From contig NW_024704743.1 of assembly GCF_018977255.1 (NCBI RefSeq), forward strand, positions 21,764,001 to 21,828,000: a stretch of 64,000 nt of DNA. Direction: 5' to 3'. Positions 53,433 through 64,000 of the stretch are shown here, in pieces. This stretch comes from Callorhinchus milii. Its lineage: Eukaryota. The notes below the pieces were generated by a model. That model was not told the DNA's origin. It saw nothing but the letters and a program-made list of their open reading frames with translations, and ran no database searches. Both the position numbers and the translations under genes were made by a program. Positions within the stretch are counted from its first letter, which is position 1; every line of letters begins with the position of its first letter.

Positions 53433-54452
53433 CACAACCCCTCCCTAAACTCTGGACCTTAACAAACTCCATCAGCTGTTTTATACTCTCCAGTGCAAAC
53501 GAAAGCAGATTTAACGCCACGGTGGAAAATGCAGATCAGAAAAACACTGCCACACTTCCTCACAGTACTCCTACGTCTCCTGTCACAGTTACGCCCATCT
53601 CCCAATGACAATTACGTAACACTCTAAGAATACTTTCCCGTTTGTACAGAACAAGCTTTCACTGAAGTGCTACACCACAACCTGATATTTAGTGGTGGAG
53701 TTAGTTGAGAAGATATAATAGATTTAGGCACAATATGTTTTTGTATACTACTTGAGAGTCACAATTTCCTTTGACAATCAGTTTAGCTGCTTTACTGATG
53801 CTGGACTGATGCTCTTAAACAGCAAGTGGGGAAACACTGTGTCAAACTCCACTGTGCCTCACTCACTGGTGGAGTTAAATGAGGGCATTTGTTCTCAGTA
53901 AATGGGGGGGGTGTCCTGGAAACTGTGAATTGCTCCTCATACCAGAGGAATTGGTTCAGATTTAGATAAGGAATGAGGAATAAAGTCCTCTGAATTGAAA
54001 CAAGTGTAAGCCATAGATAGAATCATAGAAATTTATGATGCAGAAGGAGCCCATTCGGCCCCTGCAACTTTTCAGATACCCATGTACAGTACTTCTCTCT
54101 TGAAGCCAACAGTTAACTCTGCCTTTACCACCTCTCTTGGCCGGGCATTCATTCTCCTTAAACATAACAAGCAAACAAACAGATTCATATTATCTAGAGT
54201 GGGTGTTCTGGAACGACGAGATCAAATGGGCCTAAGATCCTCCTTCATACAAACCTCTCTTATTATCTTTTTCGCTTCTCTTTTTAAAAAAAAACTCCCA
54301 GGAGACTGTCAGAAGGTGAGACTGTTCAAACTCGCCCAGAATTGTCTGCGAGTGAATTATCTCAATAGAAAGTTGTTTGCATTTTCACCTTTGAGTTAAT
54401 AGACTGTGGGTTCAGGCCTCAAATTGGGATTTGGAATTCATATGGTCTAGGC

Positions 54453-54776
54453 CAGTGGTGTCCAACCTTTGTGGCTGTCAAACAAAATAAATGTTCCTGA
54501 TTGAATATTTCTTGATTTATGCCATAAAAAAAATTAGATTGGTCACTCAATCAATGACTGTTTGTGGGACACTGCTGTGCGCAATTGGCTGCTGTGTTTC
54601 GCCCACAAAATATACAGTCTATTCACTTTACAGTTTATTCTGTAAAGCACTTTGAGACGTCTCGAAGACCTGATAAGGCGTTATATCAAATGCAAGGATT
54701 ATTATTATTAAATCAAGAAATATTCATTCAAGAAAAAACTGAAAACACACTACCGATCAAACACAGACTACCACTG
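54453..54776. mobile_element. Short non-autonomous hAT element inside a DeuSINE, itself containing a SINE 3' module (~54530-54710)
   Basis: TSD gtctaggc (54445-54452) / atctaggc (54777-54784); ends cagtggt...accactg; the host SINE resumes tgacactcc. Confidence 0.62.
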
Positions 54777-55590
54777 ATCTAGGCTGACACTCCAAACTAG
54801 TGCTGGGGATGTGCTGCGTTGTTGAAGGCGCTGTCCTTTGGATGAGATGTTAACTGGGGGCACTACCTGCATGAAAGGTAATATAAATTCAAGTTGTTGT
54901 TGAGATCCCAGACATCAAAGCTCCACTGCACTCCTCAAAAAGGGAAGTAAGTTTCTCCCATTAACCTGGTCAACAATCCCCCCAGATAAATTTGGGCACT
55001 CACTCTATGTCTGTTTGTGGGGCATTGCCGTGAGCAAATTAGCTACCACGTTCATCTACAAAACACAGTCACTGCAATTTACAGTATATGTTATGAAGCA
55101 CTTTGTGATGTTTGAAGCACTTTGATATAAAAGACACTCTACCAATATAAGTATTATTATTATTATTATTATCATTGAGATCATGTATCACCACCAACTC
55201 AATTTTCTTGTCTACAGTGAAGTGCTGCACAGGCCTGAACACAACAGTATTACTATCCATTTTGAAGATCTTAACCACCAGAATTGTGAAAACAAATTTA
55301 CCGAAACTTGCTACATCACGGTTCACATCAGTTGTGAAGATCTCCGACAAGCTAAGATCTTAAACCGCAAATGACCTCTGTGGACTTTAAATGAGGGATT
55401 CCAAAGAGGATTTACCGTCATTTACCTAATACTTTATTGCATAATTAAGAGGAGTTCACACACAATTCAAGGCTCCATGTATGTAATGCAGTTATTAGTA
55501 CTACTTTACTTCAAAAACCTTTTGAGATACAGAACGTGGAAATATTCTTTCTGATGTGAAAGAATTATTTATTCCTACTTTATGGACCGA

Positions 55591-55713
55591 GGGTTGAAAT
55601 TCCTCTTGCTGTTAAGTGTGACATTTATTGTGTGCTTATAATGGGGGAAATCTCACTGAAGATGCAAATGATCAAAGAGACTCACTTAGCACTAAGAGGA
55701 ATTTCTCAAACCC
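55591..55713. mobile_element. Short palindromic MITE-like element
   Basis: gggttgaaattcctctt..ttaagtg pairs with cacttag..aagaggaatttctcaaaccc. Confidence 0.55.
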
Positions 55714-56785
55714 TAAATCTTTTTTTTATAATGTGTGTGATAGCTTTTAATCCTTATCCTAATTTGTTTTAATGCCTCTATTATATCTTGCCTTGGATCA
55801 TCTGCAGCTAAGTGGGTCAGTGGGTAACCTACATCAGGAGTTCCACCATTGCTAGCCTTTGCCAGATTCCAGGAAGCACACAAGTGGTATCCAAAAAGAA
55901 TAACTGATATTCAGGAACAGCTGTCCCTGTCTGTGATGAAGTTAAAAACCTCCCACCACCACCCCACTCAGCACAGCAAGGTGGCTGATCTAAGGAACAT
56001 TACATTCTCTGTTTCCCCCACGGTTATGGTTTGGGCTCTCCAATACATTGCACAACTTCACCAACTTGAAACAAACGCCAAGGGGTACATAAGAGAAATG
56101 CTACCATGGGGGCAAGTACTAGAAAACTGCTAGCACTCGAGGCGTTGCAGCCAACATGTTGCCCTTCTTGATAAGTAGGGGTTGAGGGGGTCAATGGGGA
56201 TAAATTAATACCCTGCAACACAAAAGGACATACAATCACAATTAGACAAGTCCCTGCAAAGGAATATCAAGAATGACCAATCATACAAAGAAAATCAAAA
56301 CCTACATCATAGTTAAAATCCTGAAAAACACCACTACCATTCACATCTGATTAATGATATCCATCAATAACAAGGACTGAAGCAGAATTGAGTAAGAAAC
56401 CCAAATCCAGTGAACTAAGTTAGCCCCATTAAAGCTACTATAAAATACTTTAATTTCATGATATTTTTCAATCCTTGCTGGTCTTATTGGAAAACGAATT
56501 GAACAGTATAGCACCAAGAATGAATTAGTGAAAATCGGATTTAATATTTTTATAGTTTTATTTACTTAGGCTTCAATCGCTTGCATTTTAGAGCTTGGCA
56601 AACCGTTGTTTCATCCACAAATCCAGGACATAATGTACAAAGATTTTATGTGTCACAAACAGTACCATCCGCTGAAATTCAATGACACAGCCAAACAATG
56701 CAGTGCACTTCTCACTAAGTGCATCTTGAATAGGTACTGCCTTTTACTTCAAAAACATTTTGGAAGCCAAAAACAACCCAAAAGC

Positions 56786-57600
56786 ACTGTGCTCCACCAT
56801 CCATCACCTCCTTCGCACATCCCCCAAAGCTGCCCCCATCCTCACCTCTAAAAGTGCAAAGAAGTCCTAGACTTCTTTGTGTCAAAGATTGAAAATATCC
56901 GCTTGGCTGTATCCTCCTCCCCTATGTCCCCTTCCGCACCCCCCAGACTGTCTACACCGTCCCCTCCGTCCACCCTACCACTTCCCCCTCTCTAAACTCC
57001 TTTGCCCCGATTACTCCCACCTCCCTCTAACCCACCATGTCCCAGATGAAGCCCACTACCTGCTGCCTCGAACCCCTCTCCACCCAGCTGTTGGTCACCC
57101 AACTCCCCTTCCTCTACCGGCTGTCAACCAGTTTTTAATCTCGTCAGGTTCTGTTCCCCTCCCTTTTAAAATTGCTGTCATCTCCTCCACCTCAAAAAAA
57201 ACACCCTTGACCCCTCCAACCTCACAACCCCAGCATATCCCTCAGACTTACCAAACCAGTGTGCAACCTAAGCGTCAGGTGCGACCCACAGATGTCCTTC
57301 CTTCGCCCACGTGCGGTCCCTGACCAGGATCTCCTTCCTCCACCTCTGCCATATTGCCCTCCTCCGACCATGTTTTACCCCAGATGCAGCCAAAACACTC
57401 GTCCATGCTTTTGTCATCTCCCCGACTCGAATTCTCAAATGTCCTCTTTTGCCGGTCTCTCCAGCTTCACCATACACAGGATCCAACTGATCCAAAACTC
57501 CGCCGCCTGCATATAATAATCCTTGCATTTGCATGTATACCCATTCTAAACTCTGCACCCCCATCATACCAGTTCTAGCTAGGCTCCACAACACAGCATC
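56786..57600 (+). mobile_element. Old L2 ORF2 remnant with the RT core deleted
   Basis: Pre-RT region (atgaagcccactacctgctgcct) joined near 57240 to the post-RT region (gtcaggtgcgacccaca...atccaaaactccgccgcc). Confidence 0.75.
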
Positions 57601-58726
57601 CTCCAGTCCTAATAACCACATACATTAAAAGCATTTCACTGTCATATACTGTGCATTGGAACATTCACAATATTGTAGTTGGTTCTTGGCAGCTTTCAAA
57701 GCACCTTTATATTCAATGATAATTTTGTATTTTCTATTTCCTTCCTCTTTCTGCTTTGTATCTTTCCAGCCATGTATTTTTTATGCGTATTGGACTGACA
57801 GACGACAGATGAAAAGATGGTGGTGGGAAAGGAGGTGGAAGTGAAATTCTACTCGGCAATAAAGTTTGAACTGGAGCATTGCACTTGGGTATCAAAGTCC
57901 TGAGTGTGTTTTTGCCTCCAAACCGTATTGGACTGGTATCTGACACCTGCTTGGCACCTCCCCACATGATTTCGCTCATCACCTCCACAGCCTTGGCACA
58001 GTATAGTGCAGGATGCAAGGATGATCATTATTATAGTCCGAGAGAATCCTTGTTTTGAAAACTACCCTGTAAGCTGTAAGTAGGAACCAACTGTTTGTAG
58101 GACACTGTTGTGCACAATTGGCCGCTGCGTTTCGCCCACAAATATACAGTCAATTCACTGTACAGTATATTCTGTGAAAGCTTCGAGACGTCTAGAAGAC
58201 GTGAAAAGCGCTATATCAAATGCAAGGATTATTATTATTATTAAGTGCAGCAGAAAAGGAGACCAGCTGAATTAAATGTTCCCCCTTCTGCTGCACCCAA
58301 ATTTTAACACTCGGACAGTAGATTGCAGTCAACTCCACGCTTGAAATGCCAAGATATTGCCCCATGATGGTGAACAGGCACAAACACAGTCTATGTGAAA
58401 GAAGGTAAGTCTGGGAGGGGCTTAAACAGCATGGTATGAATTCCCTTAGAGTGGGAAATTTAGAGAAGGAAATTTGCAGCATTTAATAACACGTTCAATC
58501 TGATAATTATGGGATTTCAGTCACTGGGCTGACTTCAATCCACCAATCTAAAGGCAAAATTTGAGTGCAGCAGAGAGGAAACTGACTTAATTCAGTTGCT
58601 ATTCTCTACTGCTGCACTTAAATGGAATAATTATCACATGCAACTCAATATGAAATGCCACTATTTCACCCCTTTAATTCTTACTGACTCATTCCCTCCC
58701 TCCACTCATTCAGGGCACAGGAATCA

Positions 58727-58980
58727 TGTATCTTAGTAGTTAGAACGCTCGTCTCGCAAGCGAGAGGACCTAGGTTCGATTACTGGGCAGGGCAAAATGT
58801 TAGGCAAGTTTGCCCCGAAAAAGCGATTCGCCAATCGACTAACAAATGGTTTCCTACTTCCTGCTAGGTAAACAGAGGTTGTGGAGTAAGAAAATTTGCC
58901 CAACCTTTTGCCCTGCCAGGAATCGAATCCAGGTCCTCTTACTTGCGAGGCGAGCGGACTAACCACAACACTACAGGACT
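58727..58980. mobile_element. Two family A SINE 5' halves joined in inverted orientation
   Basis: Plus head with taggttcgattac up to ~58815, then a minus head with ggaatcgaatcc...ctacaggact. Confidence 0.8.
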
Positions 58981-59079
58981 AAATAAGGAATGCAATATGT
59001 TCAGGAACAGTGAAATTTTGAACCCGAGATGTTTGATACAGTCACAATGTTGCAAGAAATAGAGCATCAATGTATCAAG

Positions 59080-59340
59080 ACAGTAGACCAAGGGGACATA
59101 GGTTCAGAGTTGTAAAGGATAATTTCAGGACAGATACCAGGAGGTTTTTCTTTACACAGAAGGTAATCAATGACTGGAATAGGTTGCCAAGAAAGGTGGT
59201 AGAGGTTGGGATACTGGGTTCATTTAAAAAGCAGCTTGATGCAACAACGAAGAGATGGTAGGTTGGGTGCTCTGGAGGGATGAGATTGGATTGACCGAAG
59301 GGCCACTTCATACAGAACAATCTTGTGATCTTGTGACGCA
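59080..59340 (+). mobile_element. CR1 3' fragment
   Basis: SRPRGHRFRV...RRFFFTQKVINDWNRLP...SFKKQLD; same family as 24380-24540. Confidence 0.8.
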
Positions 59341-60889
59341 CGCATCAAAGAGGGTATCCGGACAGAGCTCCGAGATGTAATTGCATTATACAGGGGATGG
59401 TGAACATATGGAATGACTGGACAGGAGTAATGATGAGCAAATTCAAGAAGAATCTGGGTAGGATTTTGTTAACAATGAAGGGATAATATATGGTGCTCTT
59501 CAAACTTCAGGACTGGCCAAATGGATATAATGTTTTTTTCCAGTCCTGTTCATTTCTGTGTTTCAATGTTTCACAAACATGAGACAGGTTGGAGGTACAG
59601 TATTTTCCATCAAATATTCCGAATTTGGTCATTCACTTCATTGCTGTTTTGGGGCATTGCCATTCACAAATCGCTGCTGCATTTCCCAACAAAATACAGT
59701 CACTACACTTTACAATAAATCCTGTGAAGTACTTTGAGATGTCCTTCCAATATGAAAGGTGCTGTATCAAATAGAAGGAATATTATTCCTATGTTATTGT
59801 ATAAAATCGCATTAAAATTTCTTCACATTTTCTGACACGTCAGAAAAGAACTGCATAAAGTTAATTAATTTAGTTACATTTGAATTTGGTAAATATATGG
59901 GGATAGTTTTGTTGAGAATTCAAATATTATTACAGTACGATTTCCCTGTGAAATGTGCTATATGAAGATTAACAAGTAATTTGTGTGTATTTCTCTACGC
60001 ATTCAACTATATTGCATTTTTGCCAGATACCTCCAAGCAGATTATTTATCCAATGAAGGAAGATTCACCGACGGTGAAGATAATTTGGAAACATTTTATT
60101 GTTAGAATCCTCTGGTGACAGTGCCCCAAAAATGGCTTTTGGCTATTTTGTTTTCTCTGCCAAAATCGTAAGCAATTTTTACTTTGTTTTATTGGCAGGC
60201 ATCTAGTATTAACTATTGAATAGGCACAAAAGCATTTCAGTCAACAAGCACATCTGTTACCCTCTTGAAAAGGATATGAAAAACATCTCGGATAATAAGT
60301 AATTACAAAGTCTGTCTAAATTCCAAGGACCACGTGTCTGTGAGTCAAGAAAGCACAGGGTTCCATGAATAATTTACCTTGCAATATTGTTCTCCATTAA
60401 AAGCATTTATTGTACAAGAATCAAATACACACAGGATTACACAGGCAATCACCCCCAACCTCCCTTTAGAATACAACAAAATAATTCTGAAAGAGAATTC
60501 AACTTCCAGCACTTATTGCTTTTGAGCTGCAGCATTTCATTTTGTTTTTCAGTGGTAAGGCTTGACGTATTGGAGGTGCCAGTGTTGAGAATGTGCAGAT
60601 GGCAGAGATGTTTCTCTGCTTGAATAAATTAGGAAGAGAAGAGAGCAGTCCTGACTCTGTGTCGCTTTTTATTTTTCCCTTTCTGTTCTATTTGAATTAA
60701 TTTTCATTGTCTGTTCCATCCAGACTTTGGCCATGTTAGCACACATCAGTGTCACTTAGCAGCAGGTGCAGATTCTTGCTCTCTTGTTCCTTTGCCTCGA
60801 ATTTCCATTTAGACTGGTAGCTCGGAGCATTCAGTGCAAAGTTTCACCCCTATCTGCAAAGAGGAGCCGAGCCAGAAATAAATATTTGT

Positions 60890-61305
60890 GGGTAGCTCTC
60901 TCGTTTTGGAGCCAGATACTTGGAGGTTCATGCCGCCCTCATTGGGATCTTAGGCTCAGAGTCCAGGCTGAGCCTCCAGGAGCACTACAATGTTAGAGGT
61001 ACTGTCCTTTGGATAATATATTAAACCAAGATTCTGTTCTGTTCAGGTGCATGTTAAGACTCCCATGGCATTATTCAAAAAGAGAAGGGAATTTCTCCAG
61101 GTGTCCTGGCCAACAATCCCCCAGATAAAATTGATCATTGACTTCACAGCTGTTTATGGGACATTGCTGTGTGCAAAATGGCTGGCACATTTGCCTACAA
61201 AATAAACAGTCACTATACTTTGCAGTGTATTATGTGCAGCACTTTGAGACACCCCGTCCCTCCACATGAAAGCCACTGTATCAAATGTAAGGATTATCAT
61301 TATTA
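60890..61305 (+). mobile_element. DeuSINE
   Basis: ttaaaccaag...gttaagactcccatggcattattc...aaatgtaaggattatcattatt. Confidence 0.75.
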
Positions 61306-61879
61306 CGTTACATTACTGCCCTTAAGCAATGCCAACTGAACGTCAGCTGAGCTGACACTAATAAATACATTCTATGATAATTATTATTTTTCTGGCAGGT
61401 ACAGTGCATTGTGGACAAACTAGAAATCGATGTAAAATGCTTACCAGAATGTATGTTAATATATGACTGTATGAGTCAGCATGGTCAAATCCAAAGTATA
61501 TGACAAGAATATGGGGATAAGAGAAGGTTCCTATTCAACTCATGCTTTATTTATGTCCTCATCTGCATTAAAACGTTTCCAAATCTCTCTTTCATTTGAA
61601 GAAATGTTTTCAAATCTCTGATTTATCTGTAGAAGACGTAGAGTATTCTTCTACACCTCACTGAATCAGAAACTAATACAACTCAATGCTGCAAAGGGAT
61701 CAGCAATTATTGAAATATTCATTAATCAACAAAACAAATTACTAAAGATATTTTCCCATCAGCCATGTTTATCTTATGGCTTTGTAGATTCCAATCACAG
61801 TCCTTTTGTTCTGAACATGATCCATCTCTACACATTTACTTCATCAACCTGCTTAAGTAAGGCATGTGGATACAGCTGT

Positions 61880-62140
61880 CAAGAAATGTTGTATGGCTGC
61901 AGTTTTACTTTCTAGGGTTGAGACAATTGAGAGGGGATGTCATGGATGTGTTTAACATTATCAAAAGATTTGATAATTCATGTCCTCCTGACGTGAAAGG
62001 CGTTATACAAATGTAATGTGTTGTTGTTATTGTTGAAAAGGTGGATGTTGATAGATTGCATTCACTTGTTGGTGAATCTTAAACTAGAGGGCATAAAGAA
62101 GAGAACCAGCGGTAGATTTAATAGGGCATTTAGGGGGCAC
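61880..62140 (+). mobile_element. Decayed CR1 fragment with an L2-tail insert (~61981-62035)
   Basis: gagaggggatgtcatggatgtgtttaacatt...actagagggcataa, interrupted by tcctcctgacgtgaaaggcg..gttgttgtt. Confidence 0.6.
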
Positions 62141-62185
62141 GTCTTAAGAGTTAACTTATTGTACACCTGAGGGAAAAGGGAAGAG

Positions 62186-62900
62186 CAACAACAACAAGAT
62201 TTCATTTATAGAGCGCCTTTCACGTCAGGAGGACATCCCAAGGCACTGGACAGTTGGGTCGGGACCCGAGCAGGGGGAAAATGGTTAGGGTGAGGGGAGG
62301 GAAGGGAGGGAGCGAGGAGGGGTAGAGAGTCGAGAGGGGAGCTGAAGGCACGGTTGAAGAGAAAGGTCTTGAGACCGGCCTTCAAGGAGGAAAGGGAGGA
62401 AGCAAGGCGAAGGCACTGGGGGATGGAGTTCCAGAGCCTAGGGGCTGAGAGGCTGAAGGCCCGGCCACCGATGGTAGAGCGGTTGGGGCGGGGGATGTGG
62501 AGCAGACCGGAGCCAGAGGAACGGAGGGTACGGGCAGGTAAGTAGCGGATAGTAGGTCAGAGAGGTAGGAGGGAGCAAGGCCGTGAATGGCCTTGTAGGT
62601 GAGGGTGAGGATCTTGAATTCGATCCTCTGGGGGATGGGGAGCCAGTGGAGGCGAGCGAGGGTGGGAGTGATGTGGTCCCGAAGCCTGGTGCGGGACAGT
62701 ACACGAGCTGCAGAGTTCTGAATGACCTGCAGCTTGTGGAGGGAGGTGCCGGGAAGGCCGGCGAGGAGAGAGTTCCCATAGTCCAGCCTTGAGGTGATAA
62801 AGGCGTGAACCAGGGTTTCAGCAGCGTGAGGGGTGAGGTAGTGCCGAAGTCTGGCGATATTCCGGAGGTGATGGAAGGCGGTGCTAGAAGGGGTGCGGAC
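62186..62900 (-). mobile_element. Young 5'-truncated L2
   Basis: Same family as 18882 and 43895; caacaacaac tail. Confidence 0.93.
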
Positions 62901-63741
62901 TCATGTGAAACTTAAACACTGTCAGGGACTGGTTGTGCCACATTACTCTATGTATCTCTCTGTAAGTAAATAATCACAATGATGCACCGTATCACTCTCT
63001 TTTCCAGTGAGAGTAGGCAGAGCTGCACTTTCTTCTCTTGACAGTGCAAGCATCTAAGACCTACAGCCATCACTTTGGGGAAATTTCTGAATCAGTCCCG
63101 CTCTCTCTATATCTATCAACAAGCGAATGACTGAATATCACATAGTGTGCCTTCCTCAATGTTATTTTGATTCTCAATTTGTACAATAAGACGGCTATTT
63201 TGCATGAGTTTATTAGAAATATAGTTGAGCGACTTAGAATCGTTTCACCAAAAGAGCAAACCAAAAAATGTGAGAGTAACTTATAACCAGAGAGCATGTT
63301 AGGGTTCTTAAAAATGTGTACTGAGTATCCAAAAAATCTGTACAAAATGATCATGCGAGCATATGGACCAATCAACTGGTCCAACCCCCGAGATTGGTCA
63401 ATCTATACATCCTAAATAAAAATGCGCAACAAGTGATTCAACACGGATCAATCCAGTGACATCTTTCATTCCCGTCTAAGCCTCAAGATCTGTTGATGAA
63501 GTTATCTTGCTGCATTTTCCTGACCAGTCATCTTTTTCTTTTGTTTGCATAATATACGCGTGATTTCACATTAATTGGGTCTCTGAAATACAGACATTTT
63601 ACAATAGTTCTTGTAAGCCTTAAAAGAAGCACACTTAACAATTCAGAACTCGTGTCCTCTGCTGCACCAGGCTCCGCAAAATAATCACCCCGTTTAATGG
63701 ACCTTCCTTTCCTGCAAGGCCACCCAGTGTAGTGAGCTTAC

Positions 63742-63847
63742 CTCAGTACTGTTGAGTCTACAGTTGTGTGTTCCTCCGAACCATCCTTCAGACGAGCACT
63801 GGTCAATGTCTACACTCTGAAGATCCACGTCAACTCGAATCACACCC
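63742..63847 (-). CDS. GPR158: Internal coding exon (106 bp) of GPR158 or a GPR158-like class C GPCR; extracellular region leading into the Cys-rich/EGF-like segment
   Basis: Minus strand: acceptor ttttattcttcttccag, exon G|GGT GTG ATT CGA...AGT ACT GAG, donor gtaag. Translates to GVIRVDVDLQSVDIDQCSSEGWFGGTHNCRLNSTE, colinear without gaps with recalled GPR158 GVMKVDINLQKVDIDQCSSDGWFSGTHKCHLNNSE. Recalled GPR179 has one extra residue here. Paralogue assignment is from memory. Confidence 0.88.
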
Positions 63848-64000
63848 CTGGAAGAAGAATAAAATGACTAATTATCACAGCTAGATGGCAATAATTATAG
63901 TAACAATAATCCTTGCATTTCATATATTGCCCATAATGTTGAAACGTTTCAAACTGCTTTACAGTAATTACGATTAAATTACTGTATTTGTTACATCCAG

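Noticed and set aside
63070..63384. 104-aa minus-strand ORF near the exon
   Set aside because: No recognisable domain or splice context; likely spurious.

Overview
Repeat-dense vertebrate genomic DNA, most likely a cartilaginous fish (inferred from the repeat complement: L2 and CR1 LINEs, Deu-domain tRNA-SINEs and shark-type Penelope/hammerhead fragments). The only host-gene coding sequence I can support is a 106-bp minus-strand exon at 63742-63847, absent from the ORF track. It encodes GVIRVDVDLQSVDIDQCSSEGWFGGTHNCRLNSTE, matching my recollection of GPR158 (class C GPCR; GPR158/GPR179 family) exon 2. I found no downstream exon by eye, so the remaining ~63.7 kb is probably one large intron. 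The long ORFs are L2 ORF2 remnants, CR1 fragments and a decayed hAT transposase. The notable structure is in how the elements nest. Two hAT elements sit at the homologous site of two DeuSINE copies. A Penelope-type hammerhead fragment has an inverted copy and a triplicated target site. Two inverted young L2 copies share private mutations. There is also a fold-back SINE pair, two tandem hairpins and an unclassified repeat family. I see no convincing new multi-gene system. Repeat boundaries are approximate unless target-site duplications (TSDs) are quoted.
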